Below, in pieces: positions 30,621-39,775 of a stretch of 64,000 nucleotides of DNA. The stretch's first letter is position 1. Each line of letters starts with the position of its first letter. The stretch spans positions 72,621 to 136,620 of the forward strand of contig JAZDGF010000003.1 of NCBI GenBank assembly GCA_043807135.1, written 5' to 3'. The notes under the pieces are model-generated. The model was given only the letters and a program-made list of their open reading frames with translations. It ran no database searches and had not been told where the DNA came from. This DNA is from Candidatus Levyibacteriota bacterium (GTDB lineage Bacteria > Patescibacteriota > Microgenomatia > Levybacterales > UBA12049). Both the position numbers and the translations under genes were made by a program.

Positions 30621-32738
30621 TTAACTTTCAGTGGAATTAGCTAGAAACTCATCTGCATTTTTAATCATTACGTCTCTTGGCTTAGAACCTTCCGCTCTTC
30701 CAACAACTCCTTCTGCTTCCAATTGATCTAAAATCCTAGCAGCTCTTGAATAACCTATTGAAAGTCTTCGCTGAAGAAGTGAGGCTGAAGCTTTATCATG
30801 TTCACATATAATTCTGAGCGCATCTTCAAAAAGAGTATCTCTTCCATCAGCGCCTACTGAATGAATTCCTTTTTTAAGCATAACCGGATGAGAAGTAACC
30901 TCTTCTGTATATTCAATAGGAAAGTTCTTTGCTTTTAGATTATCCACTAGCCTCCTTACTTCTTTCTCTGATATAAAAGCTCCTTGAATACGGGTTGGCT
31001 TTGCTTGATCAGGTGGAATATATAGCATGTCTCCTCTTCCTAATAATTTTTCAGCTCCTGGGGTATCCAAGATTACTCTTGAATCAATCATTGATGAAAC
31101 ATTAAAGGCAACTCTGCAAGGAATGTTTGCTTTAATAAGACCGGTAATAACATCAACTGAAGGTCTTTGAGTTGCAACTACTAAATGAATTCCAGTTGCA
31201 CGAGCCATTTGAGCAAGCCTTGTAATAGCATCTTCAACCGCAACTGGCGCAAAAGACATAAGATCTGCAAGCTCATCTACAAGAATTACTATAAAGGGAA
31301 GAGCCTGAAAACCGGAAAGCTCATTATATGATTCAATATTTCTAACCCCACTATTAGCAAACGTTTTATACCTTCTATCCATTTCTGAAATTGCCCAATT
31401 AAGTGCTGCTAAAATCTTTTCAACCTCTACAATTACTGGTGTCATTAAATGCGGAATACCGTTATATCCTGTAAGCTCTACTCTTTTAGGGTCAATTAAA
31501 ATAAGTTTTAATTCATCAGGTGATGCTCTGAATAAAAGGGAAGAAATAAAAGCATTCATCATTACCGATTTTCCAGATCCTGTAGTTCCTGCAATTAAAA
31601 CATGGGGCATTTTAGCAATATCTGCAATTAAAGGATTTCCAGATACGTCAAGACCCAAAGAAACTGCAAGTTTTGATTTGTTTTTTCGCATAATATCTGA
31701 CGCAAGCATTGTTTTAAGAGGAACAATTTCAAGTCCCCTATTTGGAATTTCAATTCCAACCAAACTTCTTCCTGGAATTGGTGCTTCAATTCTAATTTGA
31801 CCAGTTGGTGCTTCTGTTGCCAGAGCAAGATCATTAGCAAGAGAGGTAATTTTTGACACTTTTGTTCCTAAAGCAATTTCCATTGCATATTGAGTAACTG
31901 CAGGACCAAGGTTAACTTCAACTACTTTTGCACCTATTCCAAAACTCTGAAGAGTTTTTTCAATAACACTTGCTGTTTTTTTAATATCACCACGCTCTGC
32001 TTTTTGAGCAGAAGAATCAGACAGAAGACTAAGCGGAGGATATTCCCATAAAACATTTTTTCCTAATGTGTTGGCAACAAGCTTATCTGCAATAAGAGGA
32101 GAGTCTTTTTTAACCGGAGCTGAAGAAGCTTCTCTAATATTTTGAATAGCAGGAAAATTTTTGTCCATTCCTTTAATAGTCATTTGTTTATTTTTAAGGG
32201 AAGACATTTTTTCTTTTTTAAAATAGTCCATAAGCTTACCTGGGAATAGTCTTCTTAAAGAAGAAAATACATAACTTATTGCATTTATTAATTGATCAAT
32301 TGACGTATCAAAAAGTACGATTAAACCAACAAAAATTCCAAATAAATAAACTAAGTACGCACCCGTTCCGGTTAAAATATCTGCAATTACCTGAAAAAGA
32401 TAAAAACCGAAAATTCCACCTTTAGAGATTGCGCTAAGAGATATAAAGAAAAGAATAAAACCTAAAGCAACATTTGGTTTTGAAATAAACATCTTTAACC
32501 TTAGAAAGAAAAAGCCAAGAAGAATTAAGGAAAGAGGAAAAAGATAAGCAGAGAATCCAAAATATGCAATTAAAGAATCATTTAAAATAACAAAAGAATT
32601 CCCGTTTCTTGTAAAAGATAAATAGCAGATTAGTCCTAGGAGAATTAGACCAAAAGAAAAGAGTGAGTAAACAGTATTCTTTTTTAACTTTAATTTCATC
32701 CTTGGCTTACGCTTACGGTATGCTCTTTTTTTAGCCAT
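30621..32738 (-). CDS. ftsK: DNA translocase FtsK/SpoIIIE
   Basis: N-terminal TMs, PHVLIAGTTGSGKS, DELADLM, ATQRPS, gamma domain LQRRLSIGYSRAAR. Confidence 0.97.
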   Translation of the reverse strand: MAKKRAYRKRKPRMKLKLKKNTVYSLFSFGLILLGLICYLSFTRNGNSFVILNDSLIAYFGFSAYLFPLSLILLGFFFLRLKMFISKPNVALGFILFFISLSAISKGGIFGFYLFQVIADILTGTGAYLVYLFGIFVGLIVLFDTSIDQLINAISYVFSSLRRLFPGKLMDYFKKEKMSSLKNKQMTIKGMDKNFPAIQNIREASSAPVKKDSPLIADKLVANTLGKNVLWEYPPLSLLSDSSAQKAERGDIKKTASVIEKTLQSFGIGAKVVEVNLGPAVTQYAMEIALGTKVSKITSLANDLALATEAPTGQIRIEAPIPGRSLVGIEIPNRGLEIVPLKTMLASDIMRKNKSKLAVSLGLDVSGNPLIADIAKMPHVLIAGTTGSGKSVMMNAFISSLLFRASPDELKLILIDPKRVELTGYNGIPHLMTPVIVEVEKILAALNWAISEMDRRYKTFANSGVRNIESYNELSGFQALPFIVILVDELADLMSFAPVAVEDAITRLAQMARATGIHLVVATQRPSVDVITGLIKANIPCRVAFNVSSMIDSRVILDTPGAEKLLGRGDMLYIPPDQAKPTRIQGAFISEKEVRRLVDNLKAKNFPIEYTEEVTSHPVMLKKGIHSVGADGRDTLFEDALRIICEHDKASASLLQRRLSIGYSRAARILDQLEAEGVVGRAEGSKPRDVMIKNADEFLANSTES

Positions 32739-32831
32739 AAAAATATTATATACGCTTGGTATACCTACTACAAGTTTATCTTATTGTCAAAGTATTCTCA
32801 AGAATTTTAGAAAAGAAGTATCTATTAGTAG

Positions 32832-33113
32832 TTAAGAGTGTTTCCCTTGCTCTTCCCAGTATGCCTCGCCTTCTTCTTCCATTTTATCCAAGCGAGTATA
32901 ATAATCACGAATTTCATTTAAATGAGTAAGAACAATTTTATCGGTCATCAGAGGATCATTATTTGTAACGTTTGTGTTTGGATCTACTGACCCATGCTCA
33001 AGCTCTACATCCATTCCGCATCTAAATTGCTCAACATCAAACAAACTCCAGTCAATTCCTAGCTTTTTACCAATCTCTCTTGCTTGTTCTGCTGTAAAAA
33101 CTTTTTGTGACAT
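32832..33113 (-). CDS. DUF5661-like small protein
   Basis: GMDVELEHG...TNVT...KIVLTHLNE..DYYTRL. Confidence 0.7.
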   Translation of the reverse strand: MSQKVFTAEQAREIGKKLGIDWSLFDVEQFRCGMDVELEHGSVDPNTNVTNNDPLMTDKIVLTHLNEIRDYYTRLDKMEEEGEAYWEEQGKHS

Positions 33114-33197
33114 ATATTTATTATTATACGGTTTTTGTCAAGAACTAGCATCTTCTATTGACTCTTTATAAAAATCAGTTTATACTCTGCTCACAAT

Positions 33198-33833
33198 ATG
33201 TTTAAGAGTAAGGGCTTAATCATTGCGGCAATCGCTATTCTTGCAATTATTGGCAGTGCTTTATACTTAAATCTTGGAAAAAAAACCTCAAATATTCCCG
33301 CTGAAGAAAAAACCCAAACCACAGGAGAAATGGTTAAAGGAACCATAAAAAGTCTTTTTGGTACTAATAAAAATACTATCTGTACAATAAACGACACTGA
33401 AAATCAAGGAAGTGGTAAGCTTTATATTTCCAACAATAAGGTAAGAGGTGATTTTACTCTTAAAACAGAAGGTGAAATGATGGAAAGTCACTTTATTCAA
33501 GACGGAGAATTTACTTACATTTGGTCATCTGAAATGGAAAAAGGCATAAAAATGAAAGCAGACTTGATAACAGAGGATTCTCCTGAAGGAGATAACAGCT
33601 TTCAAGAGCAAGCAGTAGATTTAAATAAAGAGGTAGATTATAAATGTTCAAATTGGGCTGTTGATAATTCAAAATTTGCCCCTCCTTCAAATATTGAATT
33701 TTCAGATATGACATATTTAATGATGCCCAAGACAACTCCTCCTACAGATTTAAACACAATAGAGGGATCTCCTTGCGATCAAATGCCAGACGCAGAAACC
33801 AAAGCAGCTTGCGAGAAAGCTTTAGAAGGATAA
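33198..33833 (+). CDS. Membrane-anchored/exported hypothetical protein
   Basis: N-terminal hydrophobic segment, beta-rich core, two Cys pairs; own TTGACT-N17-TATACT promoter. Confidence 0.75.
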   Translation: MFKSKGLIIAAIAILAIIGSALYLNLGKKTSNIPAEEKTQTTGEMVKGTIKSLFGTNKNTICTINDTENQGSGKLYISNNKVRGDFTLKTEGEMMESHFIQDGEFTYIWSSEMEKGIKMKADLITEDSPEGDNSFQEQAVDLNKEVDYKCSNWAVDNSKFAPPSNIEFSDMTYLMMPKTTPPTDLNTIEGSPCDQMPDAETKAACEKALEG

Positions 33834-33852
33834 ATTTTATTCTTTAAAAAGA

Positions 33853-34200
33853 TCATTTTATAGAATAAAATATTACGCCAAGAAGAAAAACAAATATTCC
33901 TATAACTATTGCTCCAAAAAGTGTTTTCTTTTGTCCTGGATCAAGCGGTTTTTCTTTTCCCCACTGCTTTTTATTTTTTAACCCGACTAACACATATATT
34001 ATTCCCAGTATTAAGAAAACATATGAAGTATCTTTTGAAAGAAGGGTTTGTGGAAAAAAATAAATTATCAAAAAAAACAGACCAAGTATAAAGAAAGCAC
34101 GGTAATTAGGTTTTGATGTTTTCTTTCTCATTAAGAAAACTACAAGTATGACTAGGATTAAAACCGTAATTATTACCGCTAGGTATATACTGCTTATCAT
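33853..34200 (-). CDS. Four-TM hypothetical membrane protein
   Basis: Four hydrophobic helices separated by basic loops. Confidence 0.7.
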   Translation of the reverse strand: MISSIYLAVIITVLILVILVVFLMRKKTSKPNYRAFFILGLFFLIIYFFPQTLLSKDTSYVFLILGIIYVLVGLKNKKQWGKEKPLDPGQKKTLFGAIVIGIFVFLLGVIFYSIK

Positions 34201-34241
34201 CGTCTTCTTTCTATCTTATGCATAAGTAAGTAAAAGATCAA

Positions 34242-35894
34242 TCACCAGCTTCCTCCACCGCCTCCACCCCCACCGCCACCGGAAAAACCACCTGATGCAC
34301 CGCTTGAAGAAGAAGTTGTCATGCTGGTTGTCATAGATGAATAAAAACCTGCATAGCCCCCATAAAATCCACCCGAATAACCACTATACCAAGTTGGGTT
34401 ATAATCAGGTTTTATAAGCTTTAGTTGTTCCATAAATTTATCTATATATCCTAAAGCCATCGCATAAGGAATCATTCTCTCAACAATATAAAATCTTTCT
34501 GCTTGCCACTTATAATTCCTATCCATTGATTTTAAGAATAATTTTAATCCGTCTACTCTAAAATCCATTTCATCTCCAAGAAAAGTTCTACCTTTAAGTT
34601 TTTTTGATAAGAAAAATAAAGTTCCGGAGAGAAATAAATTTAAAGTAAAAAAGCTAAAAAGCGCTGCCATAATAAGTAATGCTTTTTGTGTTTTGGGATT
34701 TTTTATATAATATTTTTTTTCAACTAAAGTTTTAAAAGCCTCTTTCTCTAATTTTGAGAAAGTTTTATAAAAATCCGTTTTTAATTCACTAACTTTTATA
34801 CTATCCCCATCTTTAAATAAACGATTAAGTAGTATTTTTTCAAATTCAGATAAATTACTATCATCTTTTTTAAGCTTTTTAATTATTTGCTCTTTATGAC
34901 TTGTGTCTATAATCCCAAATACTTTTGATGATTCTTTTACTTCCTCTAGTTTTATGTATTTTCTTATTGCCAAGTCAAAAATTGTTCCAACGATATCATC
35001 TCTTTCTAGTTTTGTAGTATCTATTATTCCAGAAAGGGCAGGAATAATTCTTCGACCCTTATCATCTTTGGGAGTGTCAAAATTAACGCCTGGTTTGCCA
35101 AATCTCTTTTTATTTTTGTTTTTTTGATACCATAAAAATAAATATGGAGCAAAAATCAGATTTAGAAAAATAAGAACTAAATAGTAATTTTTTAAAATAA
35201 AATTAAAAATTTTATCTCCTAAATCTTGTGGTGGATTTTTTGACAAAACACTTTTGGGAAAAGTATTTACCGGATACACAGCAACTACGGTTAATCCCTC
35301 TCCCGGATTAAGAGCATTTAAAGAAGATGTTATGTTTTCTTGAGTTTCACAATTTTTTTCTTTTGACGAAAAACTACCAGTAAAACAAGTTACATTTTCT
35401 TTTTTTGCATCAAAGTCAGTAGTTATTTTTACGCTTGCTTTTTCAATAACTACTTCCCATTTATTTCCTGTTGTATTCCAATAAATTTCATCATGTTCTG
35501 GAAAATTACTCCCTATACCGTTAGTAACGGTATAGTAAATTTTATAGATATGTGATCCTGTAATTGTTTTATTTGCATCTCCGATTTTAAATTCCGCCTG
35601 ACTACTGGTTTGAGTTTTTTTAAAGTTCTCACTTTGTCCATCTCTTTCTACTTTGACATTTTTAATGTCAATTATTCTGTACCAATCGCCAACCTTTGTA
35701 TATAGAGAAATAAATCTGTAAATTCCATGTCTGTCTAAATTCTCAAAGTCATAATTTATTATTTCAACAATCTCCATTTGTCCATTTTTTTCTGCCTTTA
35801 TATCAACATCAAAAGAGTGGATTATTTCAGCAAAAATTATTGAGGGTTTAATAAAGAAAAAAAGAAATGTAATAAGCAAAATTATTTTTTTCAT
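34242..35894 (-). CDS. DUF2207 family membrane protein
   Basis: Signal peptide, HGIYRFI, DEIYWNTTG, IPYAMALG, C-terminal SGGFSGGGGGGGGGGSW. Confidence 0.9.
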   Translation of the reverse strand: MKKIILLITFLFFFIKPSIIFAEIIHSFDVDIKAEKNGQMEIVEIINYDFENLDRHGIYRFISLYTKVGDWYRIIDIKNVKVERDGQSENFKKTQTSSQAEFKIGDANKTITGSHIYKIYYTVTNGIGSNFPEHDEIYWNTTGNKWEVVIEKASVKITTDFDAKKENVTCFTGSFSSKEKNCETQENITSSLNALNPGEGLTVVAVYPVNTFPKSVLSKNPPQDLGDKIFNFILKNYYLVLIFLNLIFAPYLFLWYQKNKNKKRFGKPGVNFDTPKDDKGRRIIPALSGIIDTTKLERDDIVGTIFDLAIRKYIKLEEVKESSKVFGIIDTSHKEQIIKKLKKDDSNLSEFEKILLNRLFKDGDSIKVSELKTDFYKTFSKLEKEAFKTLVEKKYYIKNPKTQKALLIMAALFSFFTLNLFLSGTLFFLSKKLKGRTFLGDEMDFRVDGLKLFLKSMDRNYKWQAERFYIVERMIPYAMALGYIDKFMEQLKLIKPDYNPTWYSGYSGGFYGGYAGFYSSMTTSMTTSSSSGASGGFSGGGGGGGGGGSW

Positions 35895-35933
35895 TATTTT
35901 AATTATACTCTAAAAGAGAATTAGAGGAAAAAG

Positions 35934-36923
35934 TTAATTATTTTTTGCTCTGTAAAAGCTTCCTTTTGTTTTTCCTGACTTTTCAACTAAATTTTGATTC
36001 GTAAGTTTTTTTAAATCATAACGAAGCGTTCGTTCAGGTACTTTTAAAAAACGTCTTTTTATACTATCAAATGAAATCGCTGGGTGTTCTTTTATAATAT
36101 TAAGAATTTCTTCTTGTCTTGGAGGCAAGAATATATCTTGCTTTTTAGTTATCTCACTTTCAATTAGTTTTTTAGTTTTTTCAGTTTGCTCATAAAAAGC
36201 TTTAAGCATAAAATAAAGGTATTCTTCAGGTTCTTTTAAACCAATATCTAAATAGTAATAATAATCACTTTTGTGTTCATCTAGGTATTCCTCAAAAGGA
36301 ATATTAACTTCAAAGTTCCAATTTTTTTCTTTAAGAATGGCAAATACTAATAATCTTCCAACTCTTCCATTTCCATCAATAAAAGGATGAATTTTTTCAA
36401 ATATAAAATGCCCCATAAAAGCGCTTATTATTGGAAACTTTTCTTTATTAAAATTTATGTATTTTAAAAGTTTGTTTAATAATAACGGTACTTCTTGTGG
36501 AGGTGGACTTAAATAAATGGCAATTCCCGCGCTATTAAAAATAGCTCCCATTTCTTTTCTAAACTTACCTTGCACCGTGAATAAATCATTCATCACAAGT
36601 GAATGCAGATCTAAAATATCCTTCTCGGAAATTTCTTGCCCTTCTTTAATATTCTTATTTATAAAATCTACTGCTTTTAAGATATTAAAAACCTCAATTT
36701 TTTTTTGCTCTTCGGTTTGCTCCATTCCTATCTCTTCTAAGGTAAGAGGATTTCCCTCAATACGAGCTGAAAAAAGAGAACTCTTTAAAATGCTTACTCT
36801 TTGAATCTTTTCTTTTACGAGGATTGGAATTTTTATTAAAGAAAAATATTGCCTATTTGCTTCAATTTTTGATATAAGTTCTAATATTTCTGGCGTAATC
36901 TTGTATTTTGGATGTATTTGCAC
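35934..36923 (-). CDS. Fic family protein (class II) with C-terminal winged HTH
   Basis: HPFIDGNGRVGR catalytic motif, N-terminal SARIEGN inhibitory motif, ERTLRYDLKKL wHTH; GTG start. Confidence 0.92.
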   Translation of the reverse strand: MQIHPKYKITPEILELISKIEANRQYFSLIKIPILVKEKIQRVSILKSSLFSARIEGNPLTLEEIGMEQTEEQKKIEVFNILKAVDFINKNIKEGQEISEKDILDLHSLVMNDLFTVQGKFRKEMGAIFNSAGIAIYLSPPPQEVPLLLNKLLKYINFNKEKFPIISAFMGHFIFEKIHPFIDGNGRVGRLLVFAILKEKNWNFEVNIPFEEYLDEHKSDYYYYLDIGLKEPEEYLYFMLKAFYEQTEKTKKLIESEITKKQDIFLPPRQEEILNIIKEHPAISFDSIKRRFLKVPERTLRYDLKKLTNQNLVEKSGKTKGSFYRAKNN

Positions 36924-36930
36924 GTATTAA

Positions 36931-36990
36931 TATTACCAAATATTGCCGAATATTACCAGATATTACCTAATCTTGCCAAATATTGCCGAA
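36931..36990. repeat. Six tandem degenerate 10-bp repeats, consensus TATTRCCRAA
   Basis: tattaccaaa tattgccgaa tattaccaga tattacctaa tcttgccaaa tattgccgaa; fills the rnj-fic spacer. Confidence 0.9.
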
Positions 36991-38643
36991 TCAAACCTCA
37001 ACCACAACCGGAAGAACCAGAGGATGTTTCTTAAAGTTTTTATAAATATATGCTTCGGAAATCTTTCCTGTTAATCTTCTAAACCTTATCCAATCTTTAA
37101 CTGCTCCCCTTCTTTCCTGAAAAGCTCTTCTTAACTCTTGATTTAAATTTCTGCTAAGAGTTTTTGATTCATCGGATGAAAATCCACGAGCAATAATATT
37201 TGGATTTTCTACAGGCTGACCTGTTGCAGAATCAATTTCTACCATTACAATAACTATTCCTTCTTGAGCAATCTTTTGTCTGTCGCGAAGAACAAATTGT
37301 TCAACTTCTTCCCCTGAAATCTGATCCACATATACGCTCTTGAGCTGAATTTTTCTTCCTAATCTTCCTTTTCCATTTGAAAATATTATTTCTTGTCCAT
37401 CCTCGGGAAGTAAAACATTCTCATCCGCAAGTCCATGAAGCTTAGCAAGATTTTTATATGCAACCATTTGCCTAAAAGTTCCACCAATAGGAACGGCCAT
37501 TTTGGGATTAGTTAAAGCCATCATTAAAAATATTTCCTGCGAGGAACCGTGGCCTGATACATGAAAACTATCACTTACTTCAGAATAAATCGGTCTTGCA
37601 CCGGTTCTTGAAATTGCATCAATTACCGCGTTTACAGAAATTTCATTGCCTGGGATCGGATCTGCTGAAAAAACTACCACGTCCTTTGAACCTAATTTAA
37701 CAAATCTATGTTCGTTATTGGCAACTCTTGTCATGGAAGCATTCTCCTGTCCTTGACTCCCTGCAATCACTAAGCAAAGATCATGATCTTTATAATTTTT
37801 AATCTGCTCAGGAGTTATAACAAAGTTTCTTGGAAAGTTCATGTATCCCAATCTTTCCGCAATATCTTTTGCCCTAATTAAAGACCTTCCTACGAAACAA
37901 ATTTTCCTACCTGTTCTTTGCGCAGCTATTGCTGCTTGGTTTAACCTTGAAATATTTGAACTGTAAGTTGTTAGTATAAATTTTCCTTCACACTTTCGCA
38001 TTTCCATTTCAATATTTTCTTCAAGTTTTCTTTCCGAAGGAGTATGACCTTCTTTCTCAGCACCTAATGCATCTGACATTAAACATAAAATTCCCTCGGA
38101 CGCACACTTTGCTATTTTGGCAAAATTAGTTGTTTTTTTGTCGAAAGGAGTTAAGTCAAATTTATAATCGCTACCGTGGTAAAAATTACCAGCTTGAGTT
38201 TTTATAAAAAGATTTGAGGCATCAGGTATAGAATGAGTTACTCTTATAAAAGAAATTTTAAATCCTCCTAAAGAGATATCTCCACCGTCAAAATCAACCG
38301 GTTTTACTCTATTTAGAGATTTAAATTCTTCAAGCTTCCCATTAGCAAAAGCAGCAGTTAAAGGACTTCCAAAAATAGGGAACAGGGGAAGCTGCGGGAG
38401 AATAAACGGTAAGGCTCCAATATGATCTTCGTGACCATGAGATAAAACCATTCCGACAATCTTTTTCTTAGTTTGCAATAAGTAAGAAATGTCAGGAAGT
38501 AATAAATCTACGCCAAGCACAGTCTCATCTGCAAAACCAATTCCACAGTCAACTATTAATATTTCTGTTGCGGATTCGTAGATATACATGTTCTTTGTTA
38601 CATCTCCTGATCCACCTAATGGTATAAATTTTATTTCATTCAT
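36991..38643 (-). CDS. rnj: Ribonuclease J
   Basis: SHGHEDHIGALP, HSIPD, GSQGQE, PIPGNE, HVSGHG. Confidence 0.96.
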   Translation of the reverse strand: MNEIKFIPLGGSGDVTKNMYIYESATEILIVDCGIGFADETVLGVDLLLPDISYLLQTKKKIVGMVLSHGHEDHIGALPFILPQLPLFPIFGSPLTAAFANGKLEEFKSLNRVKPVDFDGGDISLGGFKISFIRVTHSIPDASNLFIKTQAGNFYHGSDYKFDLTPFDKKTTNFAKIAKCASEGILCLMSDALGAEKEGHTPSERKLEENIEMEMRKCEGKFILTTYSSNISRLNQAAIAAQRTGRKICFVGRSLIRAKDIAERLGYMNFPRNFVITPEQIKNYKDHDLCLVIAGSQGQENASMTRVANNEHRFVKLGSKDVVVFSADPIPGNEISVNAVIDAISRTGARPIYSEVSDSFHVSGHGSSQEIFLMMALTNPKMAVPIGGTFRQMVAYKNLAKLHGLADENVLLPEDGQEIIFSNGKGRLGRKIQLKSVYVDQISGEEVEQFVLRDRQKIAQEGIVIVMVEIDSATGQPVENPNIIARGFSSDESKTLSRNLNQELRRAFQERRGAVKDWIRFRRLTGKISEAYIYKNFKKHPLVLPVVVEV

Positions 38644-38650
38644 AATTTTC

Positions 38651-39721
38651 TTAGGTTGATAAAAATTGCTTTAAGTTTTCTTTGGTAACATGAACTTGAG
38701 TATTTTGTTGCACTTTTCCCTCAATAATAAGCCTTGCAGTTTTCCTGCAAATTCCCTCAATTGTTCTCTCTAAGCTTCTAATCCCAGAGTCAAAACCCAA
38801 TGGCCTTATAATGTTTGGCCATAAAGGATCATCGACTATTAGCTGATTATCAGAAAGTCCTGAGGCTTTTCTAATTTTTGGAAAAAGATAAATTTTAGCA
38901 ATAACAGTTTTTTCTTCGTCCGTATAAGACGGCATTTGAATTATCTCAAGCCTATCTAGCACTGCAGTTGAAATATTGGTTGTATTATTTGCAGTTGTAA
39001 CAAATAAAGAGTGAGATAAATCAAACGGATAATCAATATAATGATCTGTAAATGCCTTATTTTGCTCAGGATCTAAAAGTTCAACTAAAACTCCCATAAT
39101 ATCAGCTCTTGCCGCTTCGGTAACTCTATCAAGCTCATCAAGTAAAATTACCGAATTTTTACTTTGCGCGTGTACTATTTTTTTAACAATTGCGCCCGGT
39201 TCTGCTTCTGCAAGTGCACGAGACTGCCCACGCAGAATTTTTGCATCTCCCATTCCTCCGAAAGGAATTCTCTCAAATTTTCTTCCCAATGCTTCTGCAA
39301 TTGAATAAGCAAGTGTTGTTTTACCGGTTCCGACAAGACCAATCAAACAAAGAATTGGAGCACGAATTGTCATGTCTTGCTCTTGATTTGTTCTTAAATT
39401 AAGCATAATTGAGGAAAGATATTCAAGAATTCTGTTTTTAACACTTTCCAAACCGTAATGATTTTTGTCTAAAATTTGTTTTGCCGCATTAATATCTAAA
39501 AAATCCTTTGTTTCTTTTGCAAAGGGAAGATCACATATCCAATCAATATATTTTGCCGTACTTTCAAAATTAATAAAAGTTGCTCCTCCTGCTTTAAGCC
39601 CAGCTCTTAACATGGAAAGCATTCCATTAACTTTTTCTAAAAGTTCCGGAGGTAAATTTGCAGCTTTTACTTTTTCTTCAAGTTTTTTCACTTGAATATC
39701 AAGAGAGCCAGTTTGGTCCAT
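38651..39721 (-). CDS. Lon-type AAA+ ATPase lacking N-domain and protease domain
   Basis: LDKNHYGLESVKNRILEYL, Walker A GLVGTGKTT, Walker B LLDELD, LLDPEQN..FTDHY; ends after the alpha-domain; likely start ATG 39721. Confidence 0.85.
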   Translation of the reverse strand: MDQTGSLDIQVKKLEEKVKAANLPPELLEKVNGMLSMLRAGLKAGGATFINFESTAKYIDWICDLPFAKETKDFLDINAAKQILDKNHYGLESVKNRILEYLSSIMLNLRTNQEQDMTIRAPILCLIGLVGTGKTTLAYSIAEALGRKFERIPFGGMGDAKILRGQSRALAEAEPGAIVKKIVHAQSKNSVILLDELDRVTEAARADIMGVLVELLDPEQNKAFTDHYIDYPFDLSHSLFVTTANNTTNISTAVLDRLEIIQMPSYTDEEKTVIAKIYLFPKIRKASGLSDNQLIVDDPLWPNIIRPLGFDSGIRSLERTIEGICRKTARLIIEGKVQQNTQVHVTKENLKQFLST

Positions 39722-39775
39722 ATATTTATAATACAACAGTAGTTAGTAAATAGGAAATAGTTAACTTTTTATAAA

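Noticed and set aside
34242-34330. GC-rich repeat or foreign insertion
   Set aside because: Encodes the normal Gly/Ser tail of DUF2207 proteins
36931-36990. CRISPR array or replication iterons
   Set aside because: Units are 10 bp, contiguous and spacer-less; no rep gene nearby
38644-38660. Frameshifted or read-through full-length Lon
   Set aside because: rnj starts 7 nt after the stop; no protease-domain coding sequence follows
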